A DNA stretch of 64,000 bases from an uncultured bacterium (GCA_964609125.1 CAZSQX010000001.1:54459-118458), one strand, 5' to 3'; shown: positions 27,413-37,050, numbered from the stretch's first letter. Notes: generated by a model not told the origin, from the sequence alone. Translations and numbers: made by a program.

Positions 27413-28333
27413 ATGGAGCCCGACCTACTCGCGTCCGCCAGCGACCCTGGAACATCCAAGGCCGACTGGACAGGCGCGGAGATCATCCAGTCCGAGGAGT
27501 CGTCGCCGGTGGAGACCCCGCCCGACACCGCCAAGCCGCGCACCGCGCATCTTCACGCCGTGACCGCGCACGTGCCCGCGGTCACCCGCGCCCGGCCGCA
27601 CCCGGGCGGTCTCGCGAACGGTCACGCGCGCCCGCGGTCCGCCTCGGCGACGGCCTGGCGCTCGAGCGCCGCGCCGACCCTGCCCTCGCTGCCCGGCGTC
27701 CTCCCCTTCGAAACCCCGGTGCCGGAGGGCGCGTACCTGCGGTTCGGCAAGCGGCTCCTCGACGTGGTCGGGGCCGCGACCGCGCTCGTGCTGTTCTCGC
27801 CGGTTCTGCTCGTGCTCGCCGTGCTCGTGAAGCTCACGTCGAGGGGGCCGGTCTTCTATCGCTCCACTCGCATCGGACGCGGCGGCCGGCCGTTCACGTT
27901 CATCAAGATCCGCTCCATGGTGCGCGACGCCGACAGCAACCGGCACCATGTCGAGCACCTGAACGAGGCGGACGGCCCCGTGTTCAAGATCGCACGCGAC
28001 CCGCGCATCACTCCGATCGGGCGCTTCCTGCGCACGACCAGCCTCGACGAGGTCCCCCAGTTCTGGAACGTGCTGCGCGGCGACATGAGCCTGGTGGGCC
28101 CGCGGCCTCCGATCCCCGACGAGGTGGCACAGTACGAGCCCTGGCAGCTCCGCCGGCTGGACGTGCGGCCCGGCATCACGTGCCTGTGGCAGATCAGCGG
28201 CCGCAGCCGCATCGGGTTCCAGGAATGGATGCGGCTCGACCTCGAGTACATCCGGCACCAGTCGCTGCTGCTCGACCTGAAGATCCTGCTGCGCACGATC
28301 CCGGCCGTTCTGTCTCGGGAGGGAGCGTACTGA
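27413..28333 (+). CDS. polyprenyl glycosylphosphotransferase (bacterial sugar transferase, EpsB / WbaP C-terminal domain type), the priming enzyme
   Basis: ATG at 27413. TM helix LLDVVGAATALVLFSPVLLVLAVLV, then the catalytic domain with KFRSM-like IKIRSMV, SLVGPRP and DLKILLRT. The N-terminal ~100 aa are low-complexity. Confidence 0.8.
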   Translation: MEPDLLASASDPGTSKADWTGAEIIQSEESSPVETPPDTAKPRTAHLHAVTAHVPAVTRARPHPGGLANGHARPRSASATAWRSSAAPTLPSLPGVLPFETPVPEGAYLRFGKRLLDVVGAATALVLFSPVLLVLAVLVKLTSRGPVFYRSTRIGRGGRPFTFIKIRSMVRDADSNRHHVEHLNEADGPVFKIARDPRITPIGRFLRTTSLDEVPQFWNVLRGDMSLVGPRPPIPDEVAQYEPWQLRRLDVRPGITCLWQISGRSRIGFQEWMRLDLEYIRHQSLLLDLKILLRTIPAVLSREGAY

Positions 28334-29922
28334 CGGGAGAGCCCGCGAGTCCCTCCGCGCAGGGACCCCGCCTCCGGGTAGAGGATCCGCAGGACACCAC
28401 CGCCCGCCCGACCCCGTCCGATCCTGTCCTGCTGCGCTCGCTCATCGCGGCCACGCTCGTGGGCGCGGTGCTCCGTCTGTTCCGGCTCGGCCACCAGAGC
28501 CTGTGGATCGACGAGCAGTTCACGTTGCGCGCGGCGGGCCTCCCGGGCGGATTCGCGTGGCGCGACCTGCTCGACAACGTGCACGGGCCACTGCACACGC
28601 TCGCGGTGGCAGCGGCCGCGGCGCTCGGGGGCACGTCGGAGTGGGTCGTGCGGCTGCCGAGCGCGCTCGCGGGCATCGCGATGGTCCCGGTGATGGCGTG
28701 GCTCGCGGGGCGGTTCGCCGGGCGGGGCGCCCTGGCGCCGGCCGCCTGGCTCGCGGCGGGCTCGCCGTTCGCGGTCTGGTACGCGCAGGAGTGCCGCAAT
28801 TACTCGTTCGCGATGCTCGCCTCGGCGGCCGCGACAGGGCTGCTCCTCGGCCTCCACCGCCGCTGCGGCCCGCGCGACGTCGTGCGCTACCTCGGCGTGG
28901 CCGCGGCGGGGGCGCTCTCCAACCTCTCGTTCGCGCTGCTCCTGCCGCTCCACCTGCGGCTGTGGCTCGCCGCGGGCCCCACCCGGGCGGCCCGCGTCCG
29001 CGCGCTGGCGCTGGTGGCGGCGGGCGCGCTGCTCGTCTCCCTGCCTTGGCTGCCCGCGATCGGCGGCATCTGGGACTGGTCGCGGCTCGCGCCGGGCCGG
29101 GAGCCATCCGCGGCCGAGGCGCCGTTGCGGACCAGCGGCACGTTCCACGCCGCGGCGGTCCCGTACGCGCTCCACGCCATGCTGGTGGGCTACTCGGGCG
29201 GGCCGAGCCTGCGCGAGCTGCGGGCCGGACCCGCGCGCGCCGTGCGCGCCCACCTCCCCGAGGTGGCGCTCTCGGGGCTCGTGTTCGGCGCGCTGCTCGC
29301 GCTCGGCGGCCGCGCGCTCGTCCGCCGCGGGCGGAGCCGGGACGCGCTGCTGTGGCTCGTCGCGCCGATGCTCGTGGTGAGTTACTTTGCCGCCCACAAC
29401 TTCAAGGTGTTCCACCCACGGTATCTCGCGGTCGCCTGGCCGTGCCTGGTGCTGGCGGTGGCGGCGGCGTTCACCGACCTCGGTCCGCGCGCGAGGCGCG
29501 GGTTCGCCGTCGCGGTGGGCCTCCTGTGGGCGCTCTCGATCGGGCGCATGGCGTTCGATCCGGCCCACGGCCGGGAGGACTACCGTGCCGCGCTCGGCCG
29601 CGTCCGGGCGGGATTCCAGTCGGGCGAGCGGGTGCTCGCGGTCGGGGCGCCGGAGCCTGTGGAGTGGTACGGGCGCGGACTTCCGGTCGCGCGCTGGTGG
29701 TTGGGATTCGCGGCGGACCCGGAGCGCATGGCGGGCAGGCTCGAGGACTCGCTCGGCGTGGCGCCGGGCACCTGGATCGTCTCGAGCCGTTCGGAGGACC
29801 TGGACCCGGGCGGTCGGCTGGCGCGCTGGCTGGACGCGCGCGTGCGGCCCGACGCGCGCTGGGAGGCGGGCGGCGTCAAGGTGTGGCACTGGCGGCGGGA
29901 GGGAGCGGCCCCTCGCCCCTGA
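28225..29922 (+). CDS. GT-C glycosyltransferase, GT39/PMT-like (start uncertain)
   Basis: Multi-TM protein with the first-loop motif SLWIDEQFT (the DE motif of PMT-like enzymes). In-frame start candidates are GTG 28180, ATG 28225 and CTG 28330. There is no ATG/GTG/TTG between the upstream stop (28333) and the first TM helix. Confidence 0.6.
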   Translation: MDAARPRVHPAPVAAARPEDPAAHDPGRSVSGGSVLTGEPASPSAQGPRLRVEDPQDTTARPTPSDPVLLRSLIAATLVGAVLRLFRLGHQSLWIDEQFTLRAAGLPGGFAWRDLLDNVHGPLHTLAVAAAAALGGTSEWVVRLPSALAGIAMVPVMAWLAGRFAGRGALAPAAWLAAGSPFAVWYAQECRNYSFAMLASAAATGLLLGLHRRCGPRDVVRYLGVAAAGALSNLSFALLLPLHLRLWLAAGPTRAARVRALALVAAGALLVSLPWLPAIGGIWDWSRLAPGREPSAAEAPLRTSGTFHAAAVPYALHAMLVGYSGGPSLRELRAGPARAVRAHLPEVALSGLVFGALLALGGRALVRRGRSRDALLWLVAPMLVVSYFAAHNFKVFHPRYLAVAWPCLVLAVAAAFTDLGPRARRGFAVAVGLLWALSIGRMAFDPAHGREDYRAALGRVRAGFQSGERVLAVGAPEPVEWYGRGLPVARWWLGFAADPERMAGRLEDSLGVAPGTWIVSSRSEDLDPGGRLARWLDARVRPDARWEAGGVKVWHWRREGAAPRP

Positions 29923-29981
29923 AACGGGCGGGCGGCCGCGGAGCGCCGCGATCGGACCGGGCGATCCCGGAGGGAGAGGCG

Positions 29982-31298
29982 ATGCGGGTGGTGGTGGTGG
30001 GGCTCGGTTACGTGGGGTCGGTGTGCTCGGCGTGCCTCGCCGAGCGCGGGCACGACGTCGTGGGCGTGGACACGACGCCGAGCAAGGTGGACCGCATCCG
30101 GGCCGGCGAGAGCCCGATCGTGGAGCGCGGCCTCGGCGAGCTCATCGCGCGCGCGGTCGCCGCCGGCCGCCTGACCGCCACGACCCAGATCGCCGAGGCC
30201 ATGCCCGGCGCCGACATCGTGCTCGTGTGCGTCGGTACGCCGAGCGCCGAGGACGGCTCGCTCGAGCTGGGCCATGTCAAGCGCGCCTGCGCCGAGGTGG
30301 GCCGCGCGCTCCGCGGCGCCGACCGCTTCGTGACCGTGGTCATGCGCAGCACGATGCTGCCCGGCTCGGTGCTGGACGAGCTGGCCCCGGTGCTCGAGCG
30401 GGCCGCGGGCGGGCGCGCCGGCGAGACGTTCGGCGTGGGCTACAATCCGGAGTTCCTGCGCGAGGGCACCGCGGTGGAGGACTTCTTCGGCGCCGACTAC
30501 ACCATCCTCGGCGCCGGCTGCGACCGCGCCCTGGCCGCGCTCCACCGGCTCTACGACGGCGTGGGGGGCGAGCTGATCGCCACCTCCATCCCCACCGCGG
30601 AGATGCTCAAGTACGTGAACAACTCATTCCACGCGCTCAAGGTCGCGTTCGCGAACGAGTTCGGCCGGCTGTGCAAGCGCGAGGGCGTGGACAGCCACGA
30701 GGTCATGCGGCTGATGCGCCGCGACACGAAGCTCAACCTGTCGGGCGCCTACCTGTCGCCCGGGTTCGCGTTCGGCGGCTCGTGCCTGCCCAAGGACCTG
30801 CGCGCGGTGAACTCGCGCGCGCGCCGCCACGACCTCGACCTGCCGGTGCTCGCGAGCATCCTGCGCTCGAACGAGCTGCATGTGGCCGAGGCGGTGCACC
30901 TCATCGAGCGCTTCCGGCGCCGGCGGCTGGGCTTCCTCGGCCTGTCGTTCAAGGCCGGCACCGACGACCTGCGCGAGAGCCCGATCCTGCGCGTGATCGG
31001 CGCGCTCGTCGGCAAGGGCTACGACGTCCGCCTGCACGACCCGAGCCTCGACATGGAGCTCGTGCTCGGCGCCAACCGGCGGTTCGTCGAGCACGAGCTG
31101 CCCTACCTGCCCGAGCGTCTGCGCCCGTCGGTGGAGGAGGTGCTCGACCACGCCCAGGTCGTCGTGATCGGGAACCGCTCGGCGGAGTACCGCACGCTCG
31201 GCCCGCGCCTGAGGGCCGGCCAGGTTGTCGTGGACCTGGTGGCCGCGCTCGAGCCCGGCTCGGTCACGGCCGGGGAATACCATGGCCTCGCCTGGTAG
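29982..31298 (+). CDS. ugd: UDP-glucose / GDP-mannose dehydrogenase family enzyme (UDP-glucose 6-dehydrogenase-like)
   Basis: GGAGGGAGAGG lies upstream of ATG 29982. Motifs MRVVVVGLGYVGSV, catalytic GFAFGGSCLPKD and a C-terminal UDP-binding domain. Confidence 0.85.
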   Translation: MRVVVVGLGYVGSVCSACLAERGHDVVGVDTTPSKVDRIRAGESPIVERGLGELIARAVAAGRLTATTQIAEAMPGADIVLVCVGTPSAEDGSLELGHVKRACAEVGRALRGADRFVTVVMRSTMLPGSVLDELAPVLERAAGGRAGETFGVGYNPEFLREGTAVEDFFGADYTILGAGCDRALAALHRLYDGVGGELIATSIPTAEMLKYVNNSFHALKVAFANEFGRLCKREGVDSHEVMRLMRRDTKLNLSGAYLSPGFAFGGSCLPKDLRAVNSRARRHDLDLPVLASILRSNELHVAEAVHLIERFRRRRLGFLGLSFKAGTDDLRESPILRVIGALVGKGYDVRLHDPSLDMELVLGANRRFVEHELPYLPERLRPSVEEVLDHAQVVVIGNRSAEYRTLGPRLRAGQVVVDLVAALEPGSVTAGEYHGLAW

Positions 31299-32487
31299 GG
31301 TCCTGCACCTCTCCGAGAACCTGACGCTGCCGTTCGACCGCCGCGTCTGGATGGAGCTGAACGCGCTGCGCGACGCCGGGTTCGAGGTGTCGGCCATCTG
31401 CCCGATGGGGGAGGGCGGCCGCGCGCCGTACGAGGTGCTGAACGGGATCCATCTCTGGCGCTACCCGGCTCCGCCCGCGACGCGCGGGTTCCTGTCGTAC
31501 GTCTGGGAGTTCCTGTACTGCTGGCTCCAGACCGCGCGGCTCACTCTGGTGGTGCACGCGACGCGCGGGTTCGACGTCATCCACACCGCGAACCCGCCCG
31601 ACACGTTCTGGGCGATCGCCCTGCCGTTCAAGCCGTTCGGAGTCCGGTTCGTGTTCGACCACCACGACCTGTGCCCGGAGCTCTACCTGTCGCGCTTCGG
31701 CGAGCGGCGCGCCGGGTCGCTCCCCCACCGGGCGCTGCAGTGGCTCGAGCGGATGCAGTTCGCGTGCGCCGACCTCGTGGTTTCGACGAACGAGTCGTAC
31801 CGCCAGGTCGCGCTCGGGCGCGGTCGCAGGCGCCCCGACCAGGTCTGCGTCGTGCGCAGCGGACCGAGCCACCAGCGGTTCGCGACCGTGCGCGCGCCCG
31901 ACCCCGCGCTCAAGCGCGGCCGCCCGTACCTCGTGGCCTACCTCGGCGTCATGGCCCCGCAGGACGGAGTGGACCACCTCGTGCGGGCGGCGCAGATCCT
32001 GTCCCGCGCGCGCTCCGACGTGTCGTTCACGTTCGTGGGCGCCGGGGACTCGTTCGAGGACCTCCGGGGCCTCGCCGGCTCGCTGGGGCTGCACGGCGTC
32101 TGCCACTTCACCGGCCGCATCCCCGACGACGACGTGGAGCGCATCCTCGCCACGGCCGACGTGTGCGTGAGCCCCGATCCCCGGAACCCGCTCAACGACG
32201 TGAGCACCATGAACAAGGTGCTCGAGTACATGGCGTGCGCGAAGCCGGTCGTGTGCTTCGACCTGCGCGAGCACCGCGCCAGCGCGGGCGAGGGCGCGCT
32301 CTACGCCGAGCCGAACCGCGACGAGGACCTGGCCGCGAAGATCGCGCAGCTGCTCGACGACGCGCCGCTGCGCGAGCGGCTCGGGGCCCTGAACCGGCGG
32401 CGGTTCCTGGAAGAGCTCGCCTGGGAGCACAACGCGGGGACGCTCATCGAGGCGTACCGGAAGCTATGCGCGAAGCCGGCAAGATAA
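31282..32487 (+). CDS. GT4 glycosyltransferase
   Basis: ATG at 31282 (17-nt overlap with ugd). GT4 C-terminal domain with NKVLEYMACAKPVV. Confidence 0.75.
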   Translation: MASPGRVLHLSENLTLPFDRRVWMELNALRDAGFEVSAICPMGEGGRAPYEVLNGIHLWRYPAPPATRGFLSYVWEFLYCWLQTARLTLVVHATRGFDVIHTANPPDTFWAIALPFKPFGVRFVFDHHDLCPELYLSRFGERRAGSLPHRALQWLERMQFACADLVVSTNESYRQVALGRGRRRPDQVCVVRSGPSHQRFATVRAPDPALKRGRPYLVAYLGVMAPQDGVDHLVRAAQILSRARSDVSFTFVGAGDSFEDLRGLAGSLGLHGVCHFTGRIPDDDVERILATADVCVSPDPRNPLNDVSTMNKVLEYMACAKPVVCFDLREHRASAGEGALYAEPNRDEDLAAKIAQLLDDAPLRERLGALNRRRFLEELAWEHNAGTLIEAYRKLCAKPAR

Positions 32488-33653
32488 GGCTCCTTCTCGT
32501 CGAGAGTGGGCGCGCCGTGGGCGGCACCGAGCGCGTGGTGTGGGAGCTGGCCACGCGGCTGCCCGCCGCGCGCTTCGACGTGCACGTCTGGCTGTCGCCC
32601 GACCGCGGCGTGGACGAGTTCGCCGATGCGCTCGCGCACGCCGGGATCGCGGTGGACCGCGTGGCCGAGGTGGACCGCCGCTTCGACGTGAAGGGCATGC
32701 TCGCGACCTGGTCACGGCTCCGACGGCTCCGGCCGGACCTGCTGCACGTCCACCACGTCTGGCCCGCCGCCGACCGCTACCTGGCGCTGATCGCCCGCGC
32801 CGCCCGCGTGCCCCACCTCGTCGTCACCGAGCACATCGTCGGCCGCTCGCACTCCTCCGGCCAGCGGATGCTCAAGCGCGACGAGCTGTCGCGCGCCGAG
32901 GCGGTGACCGCCGTGACCGGCGCCATCGCCGAGTCGCTGGCGCGCGACTACGGGATGGAGCCGGGGCGGGTGCGCATCGTCCCGAACGGCGCCGACCCGC
33001 CCGAGGTGGAGCGCGAGGCCGAGGTCGCGAGGCGCTGGCGCGAGCGCTTCCTGCCCACGCCGCTCAAACCGCTGTGGGTGGTGGCCGGGCGGCTCGAGGA
33101 GCAGAAGGGCCACGACGTCCTGTTCGACGCGCTCGCGCGGCTGGTCGAGAAGGGCGTGGACTTCACGCTCGCGGTGGCGGGCGAGGGCTCGCGCCGGAGC
33201 TGGCTCGAGCAGCAGGCGCTGTCGCGCGGGCTCGCGCCGCGCGTCCAGTTCGTGGGGCAGCTCGACGACGTGGCCGGCCTGCTCGCGGGGGCCGACGCGG
33301 TGCTGCTGCCCTCGCGCTGGGAGGGGCTGCCGCTCGTGCTGCTCGAGGCCATGGCGCGGGGGCGACCGATCGTGGCGAGCGCCGTGGGCGGGGTGCCGGA
33401 CGCGATCGAGGACGGCGTGCACGGCACGCTCGTGCCGCCGGGCGACGCGGAGGCGCTCGCGGCCGCGCTCGAGCAGCTGCATCGTTCGGCGGACCGCGCG
33501 TGGCGCCATGGCCGCGCCGCGGCGCAGCGCGTGCGCGAGCGCTACACCTGGCGCGCCGTGGTGGACGAGTTCGAGGCCGTCTACGACGACGTGCTCGGCT
33601 TCGCCTCGTTCAGTCGCGGGGCCGTGCCGCCCGCCCGCGGGGCCGGACGATGA
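32466..33653 (+). CDS. GT4 glycosyltransferase
   Basis: ATG at 32466 (22-nt overlap). Motifs GRLEEQKGHDVL and EGLPLVLLEAMARGRPIVAS. Confidence 0.75.
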   Translation: MREAGKIRLLLVESGRAVGGTERVVWELATRLPAARFDVHVWLSPDRGVDEFADALAHAGIAVDRVAEVDRRFDVKGMLATWSRLRRLRPDLLHVHHVWPAADRYLALIARAARVPHLVVTEHIVGRSHSSGQRMLKRDELSRAEAVTAVTGAIAESLARDYGMEPGRVRIVPNGADPPEVEREAEVARRWRERFLPTPLKPLWVVAGRLEEQKGHDVLFDALARLVEKGVDFTLAVAGEGSRRSWLEQQALSRGLAPRVQFVGQLDDVAGLLAGADAVLLPSRWEGLPLVLLEAMARGRPIVASAVGGVPDAIEDGVHGTLVPPGDAEALAAALEQLHRSADRAWRHGRAAAQRVRERYTWRAVVDEFEAVYDDVLGFASFSRGAVPPARGAGR

Positions 33654-34627
33654 GTCTCGGCGTCGTGATCCCCTGCTACCGGCAGGAGCGCTTCCTGCCG
33701 CGCACGATCGCGGCGCTCGAGGCCGCGCTGGCCGGCCGCGACTGGCGGGGCGTGCTCGTGCTGTCGGCGCCCGAGGGGGAAACGCCGGCCGAGGCGCGCG
33801 GCGGACACTGGCGCGCCCTGCGTGCCTCCGGCCCGCTCGGCGGGCCCGCGCTCACGCCGGGGGCGGCGCGCAACACCGGATTCGCGGAGTGCGGCGGGGA
33901 GTGCGTTCTGTTCGCCGACGCCGACGTCGAGGTCGAGCGCGACTGGCTCGAGCGCGCTCTGGCCGAGCTCGCGCGCGAGCCGCTACTCGCGGGCGCCTGG
34001 GGCCGCATCGAGGAGTGGTTCGTGCAGGACGGGCGCGAGCGCCCCGGCTCGCGCGACCTCTACCGGGTCGGGGACGCCGACACCGACACGCCGTACACGG
34101 CCACGCTCTCGCTCTACCGCCGCGCCGCGCTCGAGCAGGTGGGCGGGTACGACGCGCGCCTCCACAGCGAGGAGGACTTCGAGCTGGGGCTCCGGCTCGC
34201 GCGGGCCGGCTTCCGCATGCGCTCGCTCGCGCCGCTCGCGGCGCGGCACTGGAGCGCACCCCGTCCGAGCTTCGCCGAGGTCGGGCGCCGCTGGCGCACG
34301 GGACTCTGCTTCGGCCCGGGCCAGGCGCTGCGGCTCTACCTGGGGCGCCCGGGCTTCGGCGCGCTCGCGCGCCGGAACGCGCACTACGTCGCCACGCTCG
34401 GGCTGTGGCTCGCCGCGCCGTTCGCCGCGTGGGCCGCCGGCGCGCGCGGGCTCGCGGCGTGGGCGCTGCTGCCGCTCGGGCTGTTCGCGCTGATGACGGC
34501 ACGCAAGGCGAGCCCGCGACTCGCGCTGCATTCGCTCGTCACCTGGACGGTGATGGCCGCCGGCACGGTGGTGGGCTTCGCACGCGGAGGCGCGCCCGAG
34601 CGTGCGCCGGCGCGGGAGGCCGCGTGA
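33650..34627 (+). CDS. GT2 glycosyltransferase with C-terminal TM helices
   Basis: ATG at 33650 in ATGA overlap. Motifs LGVVIPCYRQE and LFADADVEV. Hydrophobic C-terminus. Confidence 0.75.
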   Translation: MSLGVVIPCYRQERFLPRTIAALEAALAGRDWRGVLVLSAPEGETPAEARGGHWRALRASGPLGGPALTPGAARNTGFAECGGECVLFADADVEVERDWLERALAELAREPLLAGAWGRIEEWFVQDGRERPGSRDLYRVGDADTDTPYTATLSLYRRAALEQVGGYDARLHSEEDFELGLRLARAGFRMRSLAPLAARHWSAPRPSFAEVGRRWRTGLCFGPGQALRLYLGRPGFGALARRNAHYVATLGLWLAAPFAAWAAGARGLAAWALLPLGLFALMTARKASPRLALHSLVTWTVMAAGTVVGFARGGAPERAPAREAA

Positions 34628-35835
34628 GAATCCACTGGGCGTGCGACAACGACGTCCATCCGCCCCTGTTCGGCTCCACGCAGCGGATCTTCGGGCTCGC
34701 GCGCGGGCTGGCCTCGCGCGCCGACGTGCGGATGCTGTGCGTGGTGCCGAACCGCTCGCGCGGAGCGCGCGAGGAGCGGGTGGACGGCGTCACGCTCCGC
34801 CGCGTGAAGTCGTGGCACACGAGCCTGGCCTGGTGGCTCGAGCGCGCCGGCGTGCGACCGCTGTTCGCCGCCGAGGCCGGCCATCGCGCGCGCGCGGACC
34901 GCTACCGCGCGGCGCTCGGCGCCGGCGCGGACGTCCTGCTGTGCGACCTGGCTCTCACCGGCCTGTTCCCGGGCGCGGCCGGCGCTCTGCGCGTCTACCA
35001 CGCGCAGAACGTCGAGTCCGAGCGCTGGCGCGCGCAGGCCCCGCGGGTCTGGCGGCGCGGGCACTGGGGGGAGCGCCTCGCCGCGTTCGAGCGCCGCGCG
35101 GTCCAGGACAGCGAGGTCTGCCTGGCGTGCACGGACGAGGACGCGGCGCTGCTGCGCTCGGTGCACGGCGCGCGCGAGGTGGAGGTGGTGCCGAACGGCT
35201 ACGACGAGACCGCGCTCGCCGCGCCCACACCCGAGGCACGCCTGCGCGCCCGGCGCGCGCTCGGGATCTCCGACGACGCCTACGTCGCCGCGTTCGTGGG
35301 CGGGGACTGGGCGCCGAATCACGAAGCGCTGGCGCTGCTGATGACGCGGGTGATGCCGGCGCTCGCGGGCGAGCCGATCGTCCTGCTCGCCGTGGGCGCG
35401 GTCGCGCGGCGGCTCGCCGGCCGGCGCGAGCGGTGGCTCGTGGCGCGTCCGGAGACGCGGGACCTGGCGTCCGTGCTCGCCGCCGCCGACTGCGGCCTGA
35501 ATCCGGTGTCCCGGGGCGGCGGCAGCAACGTGAAGGTCCCCACCTACCTGGCGATGGGGCTGGCGGTGCTGTCCACGCCGTTCGGCCTGCGTGGCTTCAC
35601 GCCGCTCGCCGACAGCGCGTTGAGTCTTCCGCTCGAGGACTTCGCCAGCGCGCTCCACGCGCAGCCGCGCGGCTGGGCCGCCCGCGGCGAGCCGGCGCCG
35701 CCCGCGCTCGCGGGTTACGCGTGGGGCGCGCTGGGGGCGGGCCTCGCGCGTGCGCTGGCCACGCGCCGGGCGCGCGCGACCGCGCCCGTGTCCGCGGCGC
35801 CGACGCCGGACGCCGGCCGGGTGGGGGCGCTCTGA
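34624..35835 (+). CDS. GT4 glycosyltransferase
   Basis: GTG at 34624 in GTGA overlap. GT4-like C-terminal Rossmann domain. Confidence 0.7.
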   Translation: MRIHWACDNDVHPPLFGSTQRIFGLARGLASRADVRMLCVVPNRSRGAREERVDGVTLRRVKSWHTSLAWWLERAGVRPLFAAEAGHRARADRYRAALGAGADVLLCDLALTGLFPGAAGALRVYHAQNVESERWRAQAPRVWRRGHWGERLAAFERRAVQDSEVCLACTDEDAALLRSVHGAREVEVVPNGYDETALAAPTPEARLRARRALGISDDAYVAAFVGGDWAPNHEALALLMTRVMPALAGEPIVLLAVGAVARRLAGRRERWLVARPETRDLASVLAAADCGLNPVSRGGGSNVKVPTYLAMGLAVLSTPFGLRGFTPLADSALSLPLEDFASALHAQPRGWAARGEPAPPALAGYAWGALGAGLARALATRRARATAPVSAAPTPDAGRVGAL

Positions 35836-36983
35836 TGCGGGTGGCGATGATCGGCCAGAAGGGGATCCCGGCCACGTACGGCGGCATCGAGCGGCACGTG
35901 GACGAGATCGCGCGCCGGCTCGTCCAGCGGGGCGTCGCCGTGGACGTGTTCTGCCGTCTCTACTACACGCCCGCCGGCAGCCGCTACCACGGCGTGGGCC
36001 TGCTGCGCAGGCCGAGCCTCCACACCAAGCACCTCGACACCGCCACGCACGTGGCGTGGTGCACGCTCGAGTCCATGTTCCGCCGCTACGACGTGGTCCA
36101 CTTTCATGCGCTCGGGCCGGCGCTGTTCGCCTCGCTGCCGCGGCTCGTGGGCTCGAGGACCGTGGTCACCGTGCACGGGCTCGACTGGCAGCGCGAGAAG
36201 TGGGGGCGGTTCGCGGCCTGGGTGCTGCGGCGATGCGAGCGCCCCGCGGCGCGGTTCCCGAACCGGACCATCGTCGTGAGCAAGACGCTGCGCGAGCACT
36301 TCCGCGTCGCGCACGGCGTGGACGCGGCCTACATCCCGAACGGCACGCTGCTGCCCCAGCCGCGGCCGCCCCGCAAGCTCGCCTCGCTCGGCCTCGAGCC
36401 CGGCAGATACGTCCTGTTCGTGGGCCGGCTCGTGCCCGAGAAGGGGGTGCACTTCCTGTGCGAGGCCTTCAGCCGGATCGACACCGACATGAAGCTCGCG
36501 CTCGTGGGCGGCCTGTCGTTTTCGCAGGACTACGTGAGCCTGCTCCGGCGCTTCGAGAGCGACCGCATCCGCCTCCTGGACTACGTGTTCGGCGAGGCGC
36601 TCGAGGAGCTGTGGAGCAACGCCTACTGCGTGGTGCAGCCCTCGACCATGGAGGGGCTGTCGATCGCCCTGCTCGAGGCGCTCTCGTACGGCCGCTGCGT
36701 CCTCATCTCGGACATCCCCGAGAACATGGAGGTGGCGGCGGAGTGCGCGGTGCCGTTCCGGAGCCGGGACGTGGACGACCTGCGCGCCAGGCTCGAGCAC
36801 CTGATCCGGAACCCGGACGAGGTGCAGCGCCACGGCGAGCGCGCCCGCCAGCACATCGCCCGGCGCTACTCGTGGGACACGGTGGCCGAGGCCACGGCGA
36901 AGCTGTACGAGGACCTGACCGGCCGTTCGCGAGGCGACATGGCGCGCGGCGGGCCGCCGCCGGGCCCGGGGCGCGAGCCGTGA
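35835..36983 (+). CDS. GT4 glycosyltransferase
   Basis: ATG at 35835 (TGATG overlap). Motifs MIGQKGIPATYGGIERHV, VGRLVPEKG and EGLSIALLEALSYGRCVL. Confidence 0.8.
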   Translation: MRVAMIGQKGIPATYGGIERHVDEIARRLVQRGVAVDVFCRLYYTPAGSRYHGVGLLRRPSLHTKHLDTATHVAWCTLESMFRRYDVVHFHALGPALFASLPRLVGSRTVVTVHGLDWQREKWGRFAAWVLRRCERPAARFPNRTIVVSKTLREHFRVAHGVDAAYIPNGTLLPQPRPPRKLASLGLEPGRYVLFVGRLVPEKGVHFLCEAFSRIDTDMKLALVGGLSFSQDYVSLLRRFESDRIRLLDYVFGEALEELWSNAYCVVQPSTMEGLSIALLEALSYGRCVLISDIPENMEVAAECAVPFRSRDVDDLRARLEHLIRNPDEVQRHGERARQHIARRYSWDTVAEATAKLYEDLTGRSRGDMARGGPPPGPGREP

Positions 36984-37030
36984 GCCTCGAGCCGCCTGCG
37001 ACGGATCCCACCCGCCCCGCATCGGTTCCG

Positions 37031-37045
37031 CCTCCCATCGGGAGG
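37031..37045 (+). promoter_or_regulatory. hairpin cctccc-atc-gggagg whose 3' arm is the Shine-Dalgarno of the next gene
   Basis: A perfect 6-bp inverted repeat. GGGAGG lies 5 nt before ATG 37051. Confidence 0.3.
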
Positions 37046-37050
37046 ATCGG

